Source of the DNA: Octopus bimaculoides
Lineage: Eukaryota
Assembly (NCBI RefSeq): GCF_001194135.2
Contig: NC_068984.1
Span: forward strand, 120,009,109-120,073,108
Direction: 5' to 3'
Length of the DNA: 64,000 nt
The stretch's first letter is position 1. Each line of letters starts with the position of its first letter. Positions 1 to 13,269 of this stretch are shown here, piece after piece. Below the pieces are notes generated by a model. It did no database searches. It was given only the letters and a program-made list of their open reading frames with translations, and was not told the origin of the DNA. A program made the position numbers and the translations under genes.

Positions 1-204
1 GTTAAATTGGCTGACAGATTATGTCTGCCACTCAAAACTTCATTATGAGCAGGAAGATAGAAAACGTTATACTTGACAGTCTGAAATGAAAAGTTATACT
101 TTAAAAGACAGTACTTATAAATATAGTCATTTAGATTATTGGAATAAAATGGGAAATTAAAATGTGAAGTTAAAATGGGAATAGTTAATATGAATTGCCC
201 TCAA

Positions 205-615
205 GGTGGCGAGCTGGCAAAATACAGGGTGTCCACAAGGTCTGGGTACATGGAGTAAATAAAATCATAACATAAACAATTAAATATAAGAAATAATGAT
301 TTCTTAAAGTATGTGTTAATCCTCATGTGGGTACATGGAGCAAATAAAATCATAACATAAACAATTAAATATAAGAAATAATAATTTCTTAAAGTATGTG
401 TTAATCCCCATGTACCCAGACTTTGTGGACACCCTGTACTTAGCAGCGTTTTGTCTGCCTTTATGTTCTGAGTTGAAATTCTGTCAAAGTCCACTTTGCT
501 TGTCATCCTTTCAGAGTTGATAAAATAAGTACCAGTTGAATACTGGAATCAATGTAATTAACTTATCCCTTCCCTTGAAATTGCTGGTCATGTGTCAGAA
601 TTTGAAACCAATATG
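205..615 (+). mobile_element. SINE family A copy, interrupted by a MITE
   Basis: Head GGTGGCGAGCTGGCAAAA, B-box-like GAGTTGAAATTC, body CATCCTTTCAGAGTTGATAAAATAAGTACCAG and tail TGTGTCAGAATTTGAAACC match other A copies (e.g. 29549-29780, 63185-63410). Confidence 0.85.
225..436. mobile_element. Tc1/mariner-type MITE (212 bp)
   Basis: 29-bp TIRs CAGGGTGTCCACAA(G/A)GTCTGGGTACATGG at 225-253 and 408-436 (1 mismatch). TA at 223-224 and 437-438. Internal 85-bp tandem duplication (244-328, 329-413). Confidence 0.92.
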
Positions 616-928
616 AACTGCCTCCACCTATGTTAATATGTAAAAATCTTTTTAGTATAGTGATATAAATAAGAATGCTTATAAAGCAATATAAACAAGA
701 GTGCTTATATGCACCAGAAGCCAATATGAGAATTTCTTTCATGGTAATTATTGCAGTATTGTGTTTTAAAACAACATCCATTTTTGAGTAGGGATAAAAT
801 TTTAAAAAATCAGAATTTCATCGTGACTAATTAGCGAAGAAAGCCACTATATAATTAACACAGCAGAAATGTATGTCAAAAGAAAATTATGAAATGCACA
901 TTATTAAGTCTGTTATTTAATTAACAAA

Positions 929-1111
929 ATGATAATTAGAATGTTGCAGGAAAGAATTGCAAGACAGATTCTTGAAGCTGAGCAAACTGGTAGGAGACTT
1001 AGAGGTAAACCAAGAACGAGATTGTTGGATAATATCCATTATTTCAGTTGGTCATACTTGGGAATCCGGGTGGAAAATCTAATGACAGTTGCTTCTGATA
1101 GGATCCTATAG
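929..1111 (+). mobile_element. RTE-type LINE ORF C-terminal remnant
   Basis: IIRMLQERIARQILEAEQTGRRLRGKPRTRLLDNI resembles the RTE C-terminal motif (HVxRMxxxRxxKxxL...GxRxRGRPRxRWxD). Confidence 0.7.
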
Positions 1112-1169
1112 AGGAGGTGCCTAAAGATTTTACCCCAACAACTCCCCCAAGAATAATGGACGAAAATGC

Positions 1170-1290
1170 TGGCTGGGTGGCTGGGCGGATGGCTGGGTGG
1201 ATGGATGGGTGGATGGCTGGGTGGATGGCTGGGTGGATGGCTGGGTGGACGGGTGGCTGGCGGGATAGATGGATGGATGAACGGATGGAA
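1170..1290. repeat. G-rich (GGCTGGGTGGAT)n / (GGAT)n tandem repeat
   Basis: Directly visible degenerate 4/12-bp periodicity. Confidence 0.85.
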
Positions 1291-1382
1291 AATTACAGGG
1301 AGAGTTGCACAGAATGTCTGGAAATTTTAGTACCAAAATTGTTTTAGTGTAATGAGACTAGAAATAAATTAATTCATATATA

Positions 1383-1735
1383 TGGATGTGTGGTAAGAAG
1401 CTTACTTTTCAACCACATAGTTCTGGGTTTGGTCCCACTGTGTGGAACCTTAGGCAAATGTCTTCTACTCTAGCCTCAAGCCGACCAAAACCTTGTGAGT
1501 GAATTTGGTAAATGGAAACTGAAAGAAGCCTGATGTATATGTCTGTGTGTGTGTGCGTGTGTGTGTATGTGTCTCTTTCTGTGTGTGTATGTGTCTCTTT
1601 CTGTGTTTGTCCCTCACCACCACTTGACAACTGGTGTTGTGTTTAAATTCCCGTAACTTAAAGATTTGGCAAAAAGAGACTGATAAAATAAGTGCCAGGC
1701 TGTAAAATTAAAATAATCCCTGGGGTCGACTGAAA
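1383..1735 (+). mobile_element. SINE family B (tRNA-like head, internal GT microsatellite)
   Basis: GTGTGGTAAGAAGCTT...GGTCCCACTG...GGAAACTGAAAGAAGCC-(GT)n-...GGGGTCGACT; matches full copies at 18521-18938 and 25832-26235. Confidence 0.85.
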
Positions 1736-2360
1736 CACATACAAAGTAAATGATATCTAGTTGATTAATACACCAACCATCTCCTATTCTGAGCTCCATA
1801 GTACGATTCCAACCCAACATTACATGTTGAGAAAATACCTGTCAGTTATAGAGCACCTTTGTTGATTACAACTGGTACATGTACCTTCTAATGGTACCAG
1901 GTTCCTGACATATGGATTGAGCTGGCATCAGGTGTATTAAGAAATGACTGGATATGGACCATTGATATTTCCTGTTATATGTCATGTCAGCATTCTATCT
2001 ATTTGGTTAGCCTGTGATGTTTCCATTGTCTATAAGTAAGTGCAGCTGGGACTATGATTACAGGTAAACTGAATCAAATTTGAAGATTTGGTTGTTATTT
2101 CTAGCATAGTGATCAACTACCTAGAGATTTCCATACAATCCTGGATATGAATGGTGGACAGATGTTGATACTTTAGAGTAACTTCTGCTTTACACTAAAT
2201 TTTCAAACTAAATACATTAGGAACAGTTCTTGTTCAAACAATTGGCTTCATTTATTGGCTGCACTTATAAATCCCTTGTTGACGGTAGTTCAGAGACTGT
2301 GGTAATTTATTTTGTAATTTTCTCATATTTTATTAAATCATTTTTTTTTATCTTCTTTAG

Positions 2361-2436
2361 GTGTAATACAATCAAACCAGTTCTTATTGATTAGATATCG
2401 ATGGACAGATTGGATTTTGTTGTGTGCAATGTTAAG
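2361..2436 (+). other. Candidate exon (possible 5'UTR + ATG, MDRLDFVVCNVK from 2401)
   Basis: Strong acceptor TTTTTTTTTTATCTTCTTTAG| and donor AAG|GTACTG. No homology recognised. Confidence 0.35.
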
Positions 2437-2749
2437 GTACTGTTTGCCATGTCTAGAAATGTACACATGAATCTAATGTATCAGTGAATAGATTAGCTAC
2501 AGTGACATGTGTGCTTGAGTTGAAGGTCTCACTGAACAAACAAGAAGGCTGTCAACCCTCAATGAGTAATGTCTACGAGTTCTTTTTTCTTTTCCCCCTG
2601 ACCTGAGTATAAAAGACAGCAACTTGGTAATTGGTCAAAAAACATACTAGCTTGTATTCCACTATTCTGTGCTATGCCCCAGGCTGATGTGCTTGACTCT
2701 CAGTGACCTAATACTAGCACCAGTCTAATGAACCATATATTGGTAGATA

Positions 2750-3567
2750 CAGTAATACCTCACTTTATAAGGACCCACTTTACGAGACTCTGGGCTTTTG
2801 AGTTTTATTTTTCAGCTCACAATTGTATGGTGAGCTGAAATTTTTCAAGCGCGAAGTCCAAATTTTGAATGAGTTGCAAAAGTTTCTACTGCCATAATAA
2901 GTGCTTCTGCGTGTTACCGAGATATTTATAGAGAGCAAAAAAAAGCTTCATCTCAGCAAAAAGAAATCTACAAGTCCATCTACAAATGCTTGTGAATTGG
3001 CAATTGCATCTACAAGTAATGGTGTGCGCAAGTCTAGTGTGAGGGAAAGTGATTCAGAAAACGATTATAATAATAATATTTTTTATTATAAATGATCTTG
3101 AATCCTTTTTACTTTATATAAGATATTCTTATTTCTTTATTGCCCACAAGGGGCTAAACATAGAGGGGACAAACAAGTACAGATTAAAGGGATTAATTCA
3201 ATTACATCGACCCCACTGCACAACTGGTACTTAATTTATCGACTCTGAAAGGATGAAAGGCAAAGTTGACCTCGGCAGAATTTGAACTCAGAACGTAATG
3301 GCAGACGAAATACCACTAAGCATTTCGCCCGGCATGCTAATGTTTCTGCCAGTTCGCCGTCTTTATATAAAATATTCTATCCATTCTACTGTTGTTTTAT
3401 TGCCATTTCTTTACAAGTATTATAAATTTTATTGATACAATATTTTTCTGGGAATGAATTACGATTTATAACATTGCTACTATGGGAAATTATTGCTCTG
3501 CTTTACAAGTGTTCACTTTATGAGTGGTCTCCAAGAACAAATTAACTCGAATATCAAGGCATTACTG
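2750..3567 (+). mobile_element. Tigger/pogo-like non-autonomous DNA transposon
   Basis: TA|CAGTAATACCTC at the left end and AAGGCATTACTG|TA at the right end (degenerate TIR, TA TSD). Interrupted by SINE A at 3130-3360. Confidence 0.65.
3130..3360 (-). mobile_element. SINE A, full length, with TSD
   Basis: Near-consensus copy. TSD CTTTATATAA(G/A)ATATTCT at 3112-3129 and 3361-3378. Confidence 0.92.
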
Positions 3568-3889
3568 TATGAGAATGTGCAGTTCATCACTGTACAAGGA
3601 CAGAGCATTTATGCTATCACTTGAAATAACAGCCAAGGATGTTTTGAATAAGGAAGGATGGTTTGAATAATATAACCTGGAAATAGATAAATATATATAT
3701 ATATATAAAAAAGACTGAATGTTCTTGGTTGAACCACTTTTGATAATCGTTAAACTACATTACTCTTTAAGGAGTATAAGGCCAGTTTTATGGTTTCTCT
3801 GGTGTATATACTCCTCCCTGCAAAGGCTCAAATCTGCTCACTCCATTTCAGAATCATGAAGCCAACCGACCTCGTAACATCAAACATCA

Positions 3890-4180
3890 GCCTCCAAAAG
3901 GATGAAAGGTAAAGTTGACCTTAACAGCATTTGAACTCAGAGCATAAAGAACTAAAAGAAACACATCTAAGCATTTTGTCCAATGAATTAACAAATCCTC
4001 CAGCTCACTGTCTTAATAATCCTTTCTACTATATGCAACTGGTACTTAATTTATCGATCCTGAAAGGATGAAAGGCAAAGTCGACCTTGGTGGAATTTGA
4101 ACTCAGAAAGTAAAGACAAATGAAATGCCACTAAGCATTTTGCCCTGTGTGTTAATGATTCTGTCAGCTCACTGTCTTTA
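3890..4180 (-). mobile_element. Two tandem degraded SINE A copies
   Basis: Two successive GGATGAAAGG(T/C)AAAGT(T/C)GACCTT...TTTGAACTCAG blocks. Confidence 0.8.
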
Positions 4181-4479
4181 CGAATACTGTGATAATAATA
4201 ACTATTATGATTCCCATCATCTTCAATGCCAATGGCAACAGGCATTGAAGATATGCTTGATACAATGTTCAGCTACCACAAGCTGTGAGGACTGTGATAT
4301 ATTACACATTACATTGCAGATGTGTAGTAACTACTTTAATGTACATATATGTAAATATGTAAACCAGCACATACACACACATATGCAGATATAGATATAT
4401 AGATAGATATATTAGTCTCTACATCACGCATGAATAATAGCTGCTTTAATACCTATATATGTAGATATCTAAACCATAA

Positions 4480-4502
4480 CAGACACATACACACCCATGT
4501 AT

Positions 4503-4545
<43 letters not shown>

Positions 4546-4601
4546 TACATACATACATACGTACATACATACATATATACATGTGTATATGTGTATGTGT
4601 G

Positions 4602-4667
<66 letters not shown>

Positions 4668-4734
4668 CAGACATATTACACTACATCATACATATATAGT
4701 GACTAGTGTCTACTTATGTTAGTAAACAACAACA

Positions 4735-4780
<46 letters not shown>

Positions 4781-4880
4781 TATATACAATACATACACAT
4801 ATACATATACATACATATACGTGTGTGTGCACACACATGCATAAAGATAGACAGATACATACATGCATACATTCTCAGCT
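4480..4880. repeat. Compound microsatellite cluster (CA/CATA/TA/GATA)
   Basis: Directly visible. Confidence 0.95.
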
Positions 4881-4971
4881 GTCAAAAAATATTTTCAATA
4901 CAAAATATATATATTTCCAATAATGGGTTTATCCCCTCAGAAGTAATAAAGTAATATAAAATAATATAGTA

Positions 4972-5010
<39 letters not shown>

Positions 5011-5260
5011 CATACATATACAGACACACACACACACAAGTGATTATAATTAAGAAAGAAAAACACACACACACAGACCAAAAAAATTAAATAAAGCCGA
5101 ACTATAACAACCAATAGAAAAGATGGTCAAATGTTGTGGGTGTTGAATACGGCAGACAATCCAAACAATGTAATGTTCTTAATTTAGGCTGTTTCTAGAA
5201 CATTCCTGATATGAGAAAATAAATAAAAGAGAAAGATAAATGGGGAATATTGAAGAAGTA

Positions 5261-5368
<108 letters not shown>

Positions 5369-5492
5369 TTAAGATCATGATGATAATGCAATATTGACTT
5401 GGCAAAGAAAAATTCTATGAGAAAGAAAGAATAAATAAACGAATGAGTAAATGAAACAAATAAATATAATGGCATGGAAATGTGGGGAAGAT

Positions 5493-5522
5493 GTTGATGA
5501 TGATGATGAGGATGGTAGCAAC

Positions 5523-5588
<66 letters not shown>

Positions 5589-5676
5589 GATAATGATGAT
5601 GTTAATGATGACGATGATGGTGACGATGACAATGATGACAACGATGACAATGATGACGACGATGATGATGATGACA

Positions 5677-5709
<33 letters not shown>

Positions 5710-5930
5710 GCAACAATGACGATCATATTTATGATGATGTTGATGATGACGACGACAATGAGGAAAATAATGATGTTGATGATGGCAACAACGACGATGA
5801 TAATAATGATGATGATGATGATGTTGATGATAAAGATGATGATGACAATGATTACAACAATGACAACAATGGTGATAACAACACCGCTGCTGCTGCTGCC
5901 GCCAATGTAGTTGACGGTGATGATGATGCT
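5493..5930. repeat. Degenerate (GAT/GAC/AAT)n trinucleotide repeat
   Basis: Directly visible; source of the poly-D, poly-M, poly-S and poly-I ORFs in the track. Confidence 0.93.
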
Positions 5931-6123
5931 GATGCCTATTCAGCTGATCATCATGGTGACGCTGAACATTTTTTTTTTTATCTGATGACTGCAAAAATTA
6001 ATAGAACAGCTGGGAGAATATATCTGTGAGAAATGTCAGGTTATACAACCAATTCAATAATTTTCTGGTTTTTTTATCTCCTCAAAGTGGAAGTCACCAT
6101 CTTTGTTATATCACATACATACA

Positions 6124-7207
6124 TATGAGGTGGTATCAAAAAGTACCCGGACTAGTTCTGCTGTGCACCACCAGATGGCAGCACATGGTTGCATGCACAG
6201 TGTGATGAGTGACATTGCTGCGTTTACTTTGCAAAATTTGAAATCTGTGCTTTTGTGATGACATGTAAAAGCAAAATCGTGATGGCACCACCGTTTCAAG
6301 CGTGATCGTTACCAGCGTCGCCTTGCTGGCACTTGTGCCACAGCTTCACGTTCCTGGCACTTGTGCCGCAGCTTCACGTTCCTGGCACTTGTGCTGGTGG
6401 CACATGAAAAGTCATTCGAGTGAGATCGTTGCCAGTGCTGCTGGACTGGCTCCGTGCAGGTGGCACGTAAAATACACCATTTTGAGCATGCCCGTTGCCA
6501 GTACCACCTGACTGGCCTTTGTGCACGTAAAAGCACGTAAAAGCATCCACTACACTCTCGGAGTGGTTGGCGTTAGGAAGGGCATCCAGCTGTAGATACT
6601 CTGCCAAATCAGATTGGAGCCTGGTGCAGCTATCTGGCTCACCAGTCCTCAGTCAAATCGTCCAACCCATGCTAGCATGGAAAGCGGACGTTAAACAATG
6701 ATGATGATGATGATGATGTATGTTGTAGTCTGCAATGTTTGTCATGGACAGGAAGTTGGAACCAAGATCCAGTGGGAAATTTTGCTTGGGAAGTCTACTC
6801 CAGAGACATTGAGCATGTTTCTGCAAGTTTATGGCACAAAGAGGCAATGGGTCGTATGCAATGCTTTGAGTCACACTGGCACTTCAAAAGCAGAAGAACA
6901 TCTCTGGAAGACAATGAGTGATCGGGAAGACCTGCCATGAGCGTCATCCCTGGAGATGTGGAGAAAATTCATCGGCTTGTACATAAGGATCATTGGAAGA
7001 CAATAATGACATTGCTGATGTTGTTGGTCTGTCATATGGGTCCATGCAGGCAATCTTAACATCTGAATTGAACATGCTGAATGTCTCTTCCAAATTTATC
7101 CCCTGTTTGCTGACCACTGAGCAGAAAGAACATCATATTGAAATCTGTCAAGATCTCTGTCAGGGTTCTGCTGATGACCCATCCTTCATGATGATCATCA
7201 TCACTGG
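6124..7207 (+). mobile_element. Mariner transposon, 5' half (left TIR + decayed transposase N-terminus), split by SINE C
   Basis: TA|TGAGGTGGTATCAAAAAGTACCCGGACT left end. Joined frames give MDRKLEPR..LGKSTPETLSM..EAMGRMQCFE..FKSRRTSLEDNE*SGRP..DIADVVGLSYGSMQAILTSELNM..SKFIPCLLTTEQKEHHIEIC..DDPSFM..IITG, i.e. the mariner HTH region up to the first catalytic motif. Confidence 0.92.
6268..6715 (+). mobile_element. Retroposon family C with (ATG)n tail
   Basis: GGCACGTAAAA subrepeats, AGGAAGGGCATCCAGCTGTAG, CCAACCCATGCTAGCATGGAAAGCGGACGTTAAACAATGATGATG. Probable 5-bp TSD ATGTA at 6263-6267 and 6716-6720. Confidence 0.9.
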
Positions 7208-7619
7208 TTATTTTTTATTAAACATAACTACAGTTCTATATTTAAGAGATAAGGAATTATGCACATTATTTACATGCACAAATACCTAGATGATGTTGAT
7301 AAAAGTTCCAATGAAGGAGCCTTGAATCTATGTTAGAGTCTGGCTCTTTCTCTATGGACAAGAAATACAGAAATGAAACTGATTGATAACATACTTATAA
7401 ATACAGGATGCAGACGGTATTCATTTGCAATTGTTCAACTGCTAATTTTACACATGTTTTTACTTTCGTTGTCAGTCTTTTTCTTCTTAAAAACAATAAC
7501 TATTTTTGCTTTATTCTTTTGCACAATAATTGACTATGGAAAATTTTGAGACACCCTCCAATTTGTGGAAGAGGCATAGAGTCTTCCTTGGAATCCATCC
7601 TAGAAAAATAAACAAGGAA

Positions 7620-7795
7620 ATTTCAGGTCGATTATATCAACCTATTGACCCCAATGCTCAACTGGTACTTATTTTCTTAATCCCGAAAGGATGAAAGAAA
7701 AGTCGTCCTCAGTGGAATTTAAACTCAGAATGCAAAACCAAAGAGAAATCTCCAAAACATTTTGTCCAGCATGCTAATGGTTCTGCCAGTTCATC
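7620..7795 (-). mobile_element. SINE A, degraded
   Basis: CTGGTACTTATTTT...GAAAGGATGAAAG...AACTCAGAA...GGTTCTGCCAGTTC. Confidence 0.75.
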
Positions 7796-8175
7796 AATAC
7801 AGTAACAGGAGAAGAATGAGAGAGGATGGGTGGAAGGCAGAGAAAGGGATAACATGTGGTTAGGTAGGCTGGCAGTGGGTGATGTAAATGTAGTGAATGA
7901 GGAAAGGGAATATGTATGGTGGTGGAAGAGAGATAATTTGGTGGTTTGGAAGAGTGATCAATGTAAAATGTGTGAGGAGAGAACATTAGAAATGAAAGAT
8001 TTGTAACAGAGAAATGATTCCTGTTAGTAAGAGGAGGAAGTAGTGTCAGGAAAAATACTGAAGATGCAGTTCTGCTCACATTTAATTACAGCAGAAGAAT
8101 GGTGCAAACAGAGAGAGATGATGTATAAAGAGAATATCTTGAGGAAATTGGACAGGATGTTTTATACATATGCAT

Positions 8176-8229
<54 letters not shown>

Positions 8230-11129
8230 GCGCATGTGTGTGTATGTATATATATATAGTTATGTATTTAATATGTATGTATGTATAGATAGATTGAAAT
8301 ATATATATATATAGAGATAGATAGATAGATAGATAGATAGATATAGTTATATGTCAAATAAATATTAGTTTTTGTGTCAGTAACTCAAGGAAAAAGCAAT
8401 AGAAAATTATGGAACATAGCATGGGAGACTTGTGTGACAGTCTGAGGTATTGCTTAGTGGATGATGGAGAATTTTTTGTGGAGAAATCGTTACTATAAAA
8501 TATTTTTGTTTTCCAGTGGTTGAGTGATTTTTTTAAACTCATAATAATCTGTGTTTATTTTTGGAATATATTTTAGATATTGTTGTTTTCTTATTCAAAC
8601 TGAAAAAAATTTTACTTTCTTGCTGTGGGGAATATTTGTTTCTTAAATACATTATAGAAATTTATTTTAAGCATATATTTTATGAAAATAGATTATAGTT
8701 AGTCTGAGACATATAACCATCTCTATATAGACATTTTGGACATGGATTTCTTTTTTTAAATGGATTATGTTAAAATGGAGGGGGACTGATCACTTTGTGG
8801 GATGTTTTATCATGGCCTTTTTTACTGGAAGATAATTTAAAGCTAATTTGGAAAATAATTTTAAAAGTAATTTTAAAATGTTGTCTGTAATAAATAGTTT
8901 CAATATAGTAGTGTTGTGTGCACTTTGTATGACAATGTCTATTGACCCAAACTGAAGGTCATTTTAGTAAGGCCTATTTAACATGGCTGCCCTTCTAGTG
9001 TTGAGAATTTTTTTTTTTCCTTTTGGACATGTCTTGCTTGTGGTGGCAGTTTTATTTGGCTATGCTGTTGATTAAAGCCAGCAAATGTAAGGGGTTGTGT
9101 GATTACTGATTTACTTTGATAAACACTTTATTGTGGGATTATATTAAATGACGTGAATTAGACCTTTTGTCAAGGATAATAAATACAATCAATTTAGCAA
9201 TAAATTGATTAGAAGCACATTAAACTATGACAATTGAAATGTAAGTATTTTCTACTGTGAAAACTGCTTAAATGTAAGAAGGGCAGTTCTTAGTAGGCCA
9301 TAAACAATTGATTTGGTGTCCATAGCTGATGAAGCATAGTGATGGAGAATGGTCTGATGGCATCATTTATGTCTCAGTGATGTGTTTTTCATACACATTG
9401 TTTATAAGGAAAATTTCTCTCCAGAGACAGGCTTTGCAGTGATGTTCTTTCCATTTTTGTCTGTGAAATACTATTGTACGTACCTATGTTTTGCAATAAT
9501 AATTTCTTCTAATCGATGATATACAATGGTCAAAAGAAAATATTAAGAGGTAACTTTTTAGGTGTGTGAGTGAGGAAAGAATTATTTTGGTACTAAAGGC
9601 TAGGGTTTACCAAATATCTTAAAAATATTTTTATACAACACATTTTTTAAAAAGAACTTTGAAGATCTCTAAAAAAATTTCTATTAAAATACATTTAAAA
9701 AATTCATATAGAGATTCATTCTTATGCATGAGGCCAATGATCAAAAACCTTTGGTGGAAAAGTCTACATGAATTGAACCCCTATATAAGCAACAATACAA
9801 AGACTAACTATATTTGATTAAGTTCTTGAAAATGAGACTGTGAAAGTCTAGAAACATCAAATATGGATTTAGGAACTCGACTGTTCCAAGCTAACTGCAA
9901 AAAGCTAATTAATAGTGAGAGAAGCAATATTTGTAGCGAAAAAAAAAAATCTTTAGAACATGGAATACTGTGTTTATTTACCATGAGAAGACCTCTGATG
10001 TGGACTCATGATGCATAAAAGCACTTGTATTTATATTGCTGACAGAGGAGAACTGTGTGTTATGCAACATCCAGTGATCTGGCAGAGGTCCTCTCAATGT
10101 AAATAACGCAGTATTCTGTGTTCTAATACGACATCCATGTCAAGTTGGACGAAAAATTGTCTTTTGTAAAAAGTTGGTAATATAAAAAGTGTAAAATAAA
10201 TGATAAAACTTGAACATGACCATGTATTCAATACGTACATAAGCACATACATACGTACATACATACATACATACATACATACATACATACATGCATACAT
10301 ACATACAAGTCTGTATGTATATACATCAATGTGCTGTAATAGAATTAACAAAGAATTCATAATTCTTGAAGAATTACTTGAAAATATAAAAAGCTTCTTT
10401 ACAGCTTATACTTGAATGATATACTGGTATACAGCAGGTGAGTGAATATTAGACTTATGTTATAAACTATACAATATATGATGCAATATGTATATGATGT
10501 ATGTATACTTGATGTTTTTGAAATAATTGTTTAAGGCTAAAATATTCTGCCCTATGTGATTATAATAAAACTTGCTTTTTTTTTTCATTTAAACAACACC
10601 ACTTTTTGTATATAAGTCTACATGCTAAATCAGAAAATATGGGAAATGGATAATATAGAATCCAGGAAAATAGAAAAAAATATATAATAAATTTCTGGTT
10701 GTTGATAACACATGATCCTATTAACTTGAGTTTTATTCCCCAAATGTTCTTCACAGCATGATGAAGTATGTTTGTGTGCAAACAGTATGTGGTATGCTGT
10801 AATATATAGTCAATACATAGATGCACCTTGTCAGATCAATTCCACATTGTTTACATAACAGAATATATATGTATTGAAGTATCTAGTCACAACACACCAG
10901 GATGGCCTGTTGATAATTATAATTTTTTCTTTGAACTCTTGGATTATGTTCTATCTTATATTTGATATAGGGAAGATTTCCTGGAATATAATAGAGCATT
11001 AAACAACCTATGTAGGGTGACTCAATATTTTGTCTATGTCTTTATTTATTGGCATGCATTTTGCATAACTTCTCAGCTATGTTGTTAAAGATCTCCTTAA
11101 AAATATTTATATCATTGAAATGTCTGTCA

Positions 11130-11415
11130 CATAGGCAAAATCCATGCATTTAACTTTGTCTCTCTTCAAGACTAACACACTACACTTTTTCAGTCCAAGC
11201 TCTATTCTGATATCAGCACTGAAAGCATTCACCGTATCAACAAAGGAACTGACTTGGGATTCATCTTTACCATAAAGTTTGAGGTCATCCATGAATAACA
11301 TGAAGCTGACTTTTTGTTGGTGGCTCTTGAATACATACCCAGCCTTTGCTTTCCTCAGAATCAGTGTTAGTGGTACAAAGATCAGTGGGGACAGGCAGTT
11401 CCCTTAGAAGATGCT
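11130..11415 (-). mobile_element. Non-LTR retrotransposon RT fragment (R4/NeSL-like, R2 group)
   Basis: IF*GNCLSPLIFVPLTLILRKAKAGYVFK..KVSFMLFMDDLKLYGKDESQVSSFVDTVNAFSADIRIELGLKKCSVLVLKR; matches the QGDSLSPLLF...HLLYMDDLKLY...FGLxKC pattern. Confidence 0.85.
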
Positions 11416-13269
11416 TCTTCTGATTTATTATTACTACTTAAGTTGTATTTCTTTTGGCTCTTTGCATTATGAATTCAAATATTGCCAGTGCTAACTTTGC
11501 CTTTCATCCTTTTGGGGGTCAAAAGAGTAAGTACCAGTCATGTACTGGCGTTGATGTAATTGACTGCCTCTTTTTCCTAAAATTGCTGGCCTTGAGCCTA
11601 AATCATCATCTTCATCTTCATTATTACTGCATTTGTCCTGTTCATTATGAAAATTTGTTTCTCTTTAAGTTACACCAATCATTTTCTTGCTGCCTTTGCC
11701 TGTATATATGATTTTCTGTTGACAGTTTTCTTATAATAACGTTTTTGCAATATAGTGGTATGTCTTTCCTTTTTTATTATGGCTACTGTTAGGGCCTTAT
11801 CTTTGTTGCTCCTTCGTATTTTGAAAAAGAATCCATAATCATATTCTAAAGCACCTTACTTTTCTGTAGATTTATCATAATGTTCATAGTGATGGGTGAT
11901 GAGAGAGACCACAGGTGATTCAAAGAGCAATGGAGGCAGTCATGTCACAATAGTTAAATATGACAACAATGGTATCATAGTCACAGCAACCACTGCTGCT
12001 TCCACAGCAACCACTGCTGTTACTATAGCAACCAAAAGCATTGATGTCACAGTCAAAATAATTTCTGCTACTATACTGATGTCATGCCAATGACATGCAG
12101 ATAAGAAAACTTACACTGTTATTTGCAACAACAACAAGAAGTAGACTACAAAGAAGATTTTATCTTTTTATGTGCACCAAGTCAGTAGATGATGCATTTG
12201 CTCCGGGGTAAAGTAAATGCTATCAAAAGCACAAGTGTGACATCATGCACCCTGGGGTGCTAACTTGGCAACTGAGGTGAGTAGCACCTGGAAAGTGACT
12301 TTTAGCTATAGATGAGCCAAGTATAGAGATCAAAAGTTGCAGTATCTAACTCCAGCACGAATTAAAAGGGCCTTAGATGTTCTAAATATTGACTTCAATT
12401 GGAGTTCAAAGTGTAGGTTGCAGACAGAGTTTCAAGTATTGGTTACCATTTGGTTTGAATATGTAATGAGCACTTGAGGATCATTGAAGATTAAAGAACA
12501 TCTGTGTTTGTGAGAGCAGATGGAAGTGGTCCAATATTACATTTGCAGTGAAAAATTATTCCTTCAGAACTTTCTGTTATATGCTTGAGATGATGAAATG
12601 TGAGTACCTCTCTTTCTCTGCTGCTGCAATTGACACCTTGACTACTGTCATTACATCTGCAGTGGCAAACACAGCAGCAGCAGTAGTAGTACAGCAAGCA
12701 CAACAATGATGACAAAAACAACAGCTTCTACTACAGACATATGACAAACAGATTCATGTAAAAATGTCCCTACCAAAAGCAAAAATTAGAAGAAAGATCA
12801 ACTGACACAACTGGGAAACATTTTTCTTACTTGAATGGGAAAGTTGGATACATAATACGAGGGAGACAGCAAGGGATAATGATAATTGTCTGAAACAGGG
12901 AGCAAGAAGCCTAAATAATGTCTCAAGAATTTGTAATGATTCAATATGGGATGATGAGTGACCCAAAATCACAGTCAGCAATGTGCCACCTAAATCTGAC
13001 AAAACCACAGTGACAGCAATGGTGAAGGGGCGCAGAGAATGTTAAGATCTGAGCCCAACCTCCTGCAGAGCCAATTGGAAATATTTCTAGATTTCTAAGT
13101 AATGGCTGCTGTCAGATATGTATTGAGAGGGAAGAGCACTTGAGGATCATTCATGTATTCTTGAGTATTTCTGTCAAGGACTATCTGCATCTGAGTAAGC
13201 AGGTGCTGGCAGTCCTTGACAGCATGAAACACAGTTGTTACATTTGCAGTAAAATACGACCCCTTCCAT

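Noticed and set aside
193-200. AATTGCCC as the missing right end of the GGGCAATTCCA element
   Set aside because: Only 8 bp match, and upstream sequence shows no similarity to the element's first 100 bp in reverse.
5451-6029. 192-aa Asp-rich ORF resembling acidic biomineralisation proteins
   Set aside because: It is a degenerate (GAT)n microsatellite, open in several frames on both strands, with no signal peptide or splice support.
10405-10437. YLNDILVYS, similar to the Gypsy RT motif YLDDILVYS
   Set aside because: Only 9 residues, with no flanking RT similarity in any frame; kept only as a weak exon candidate.
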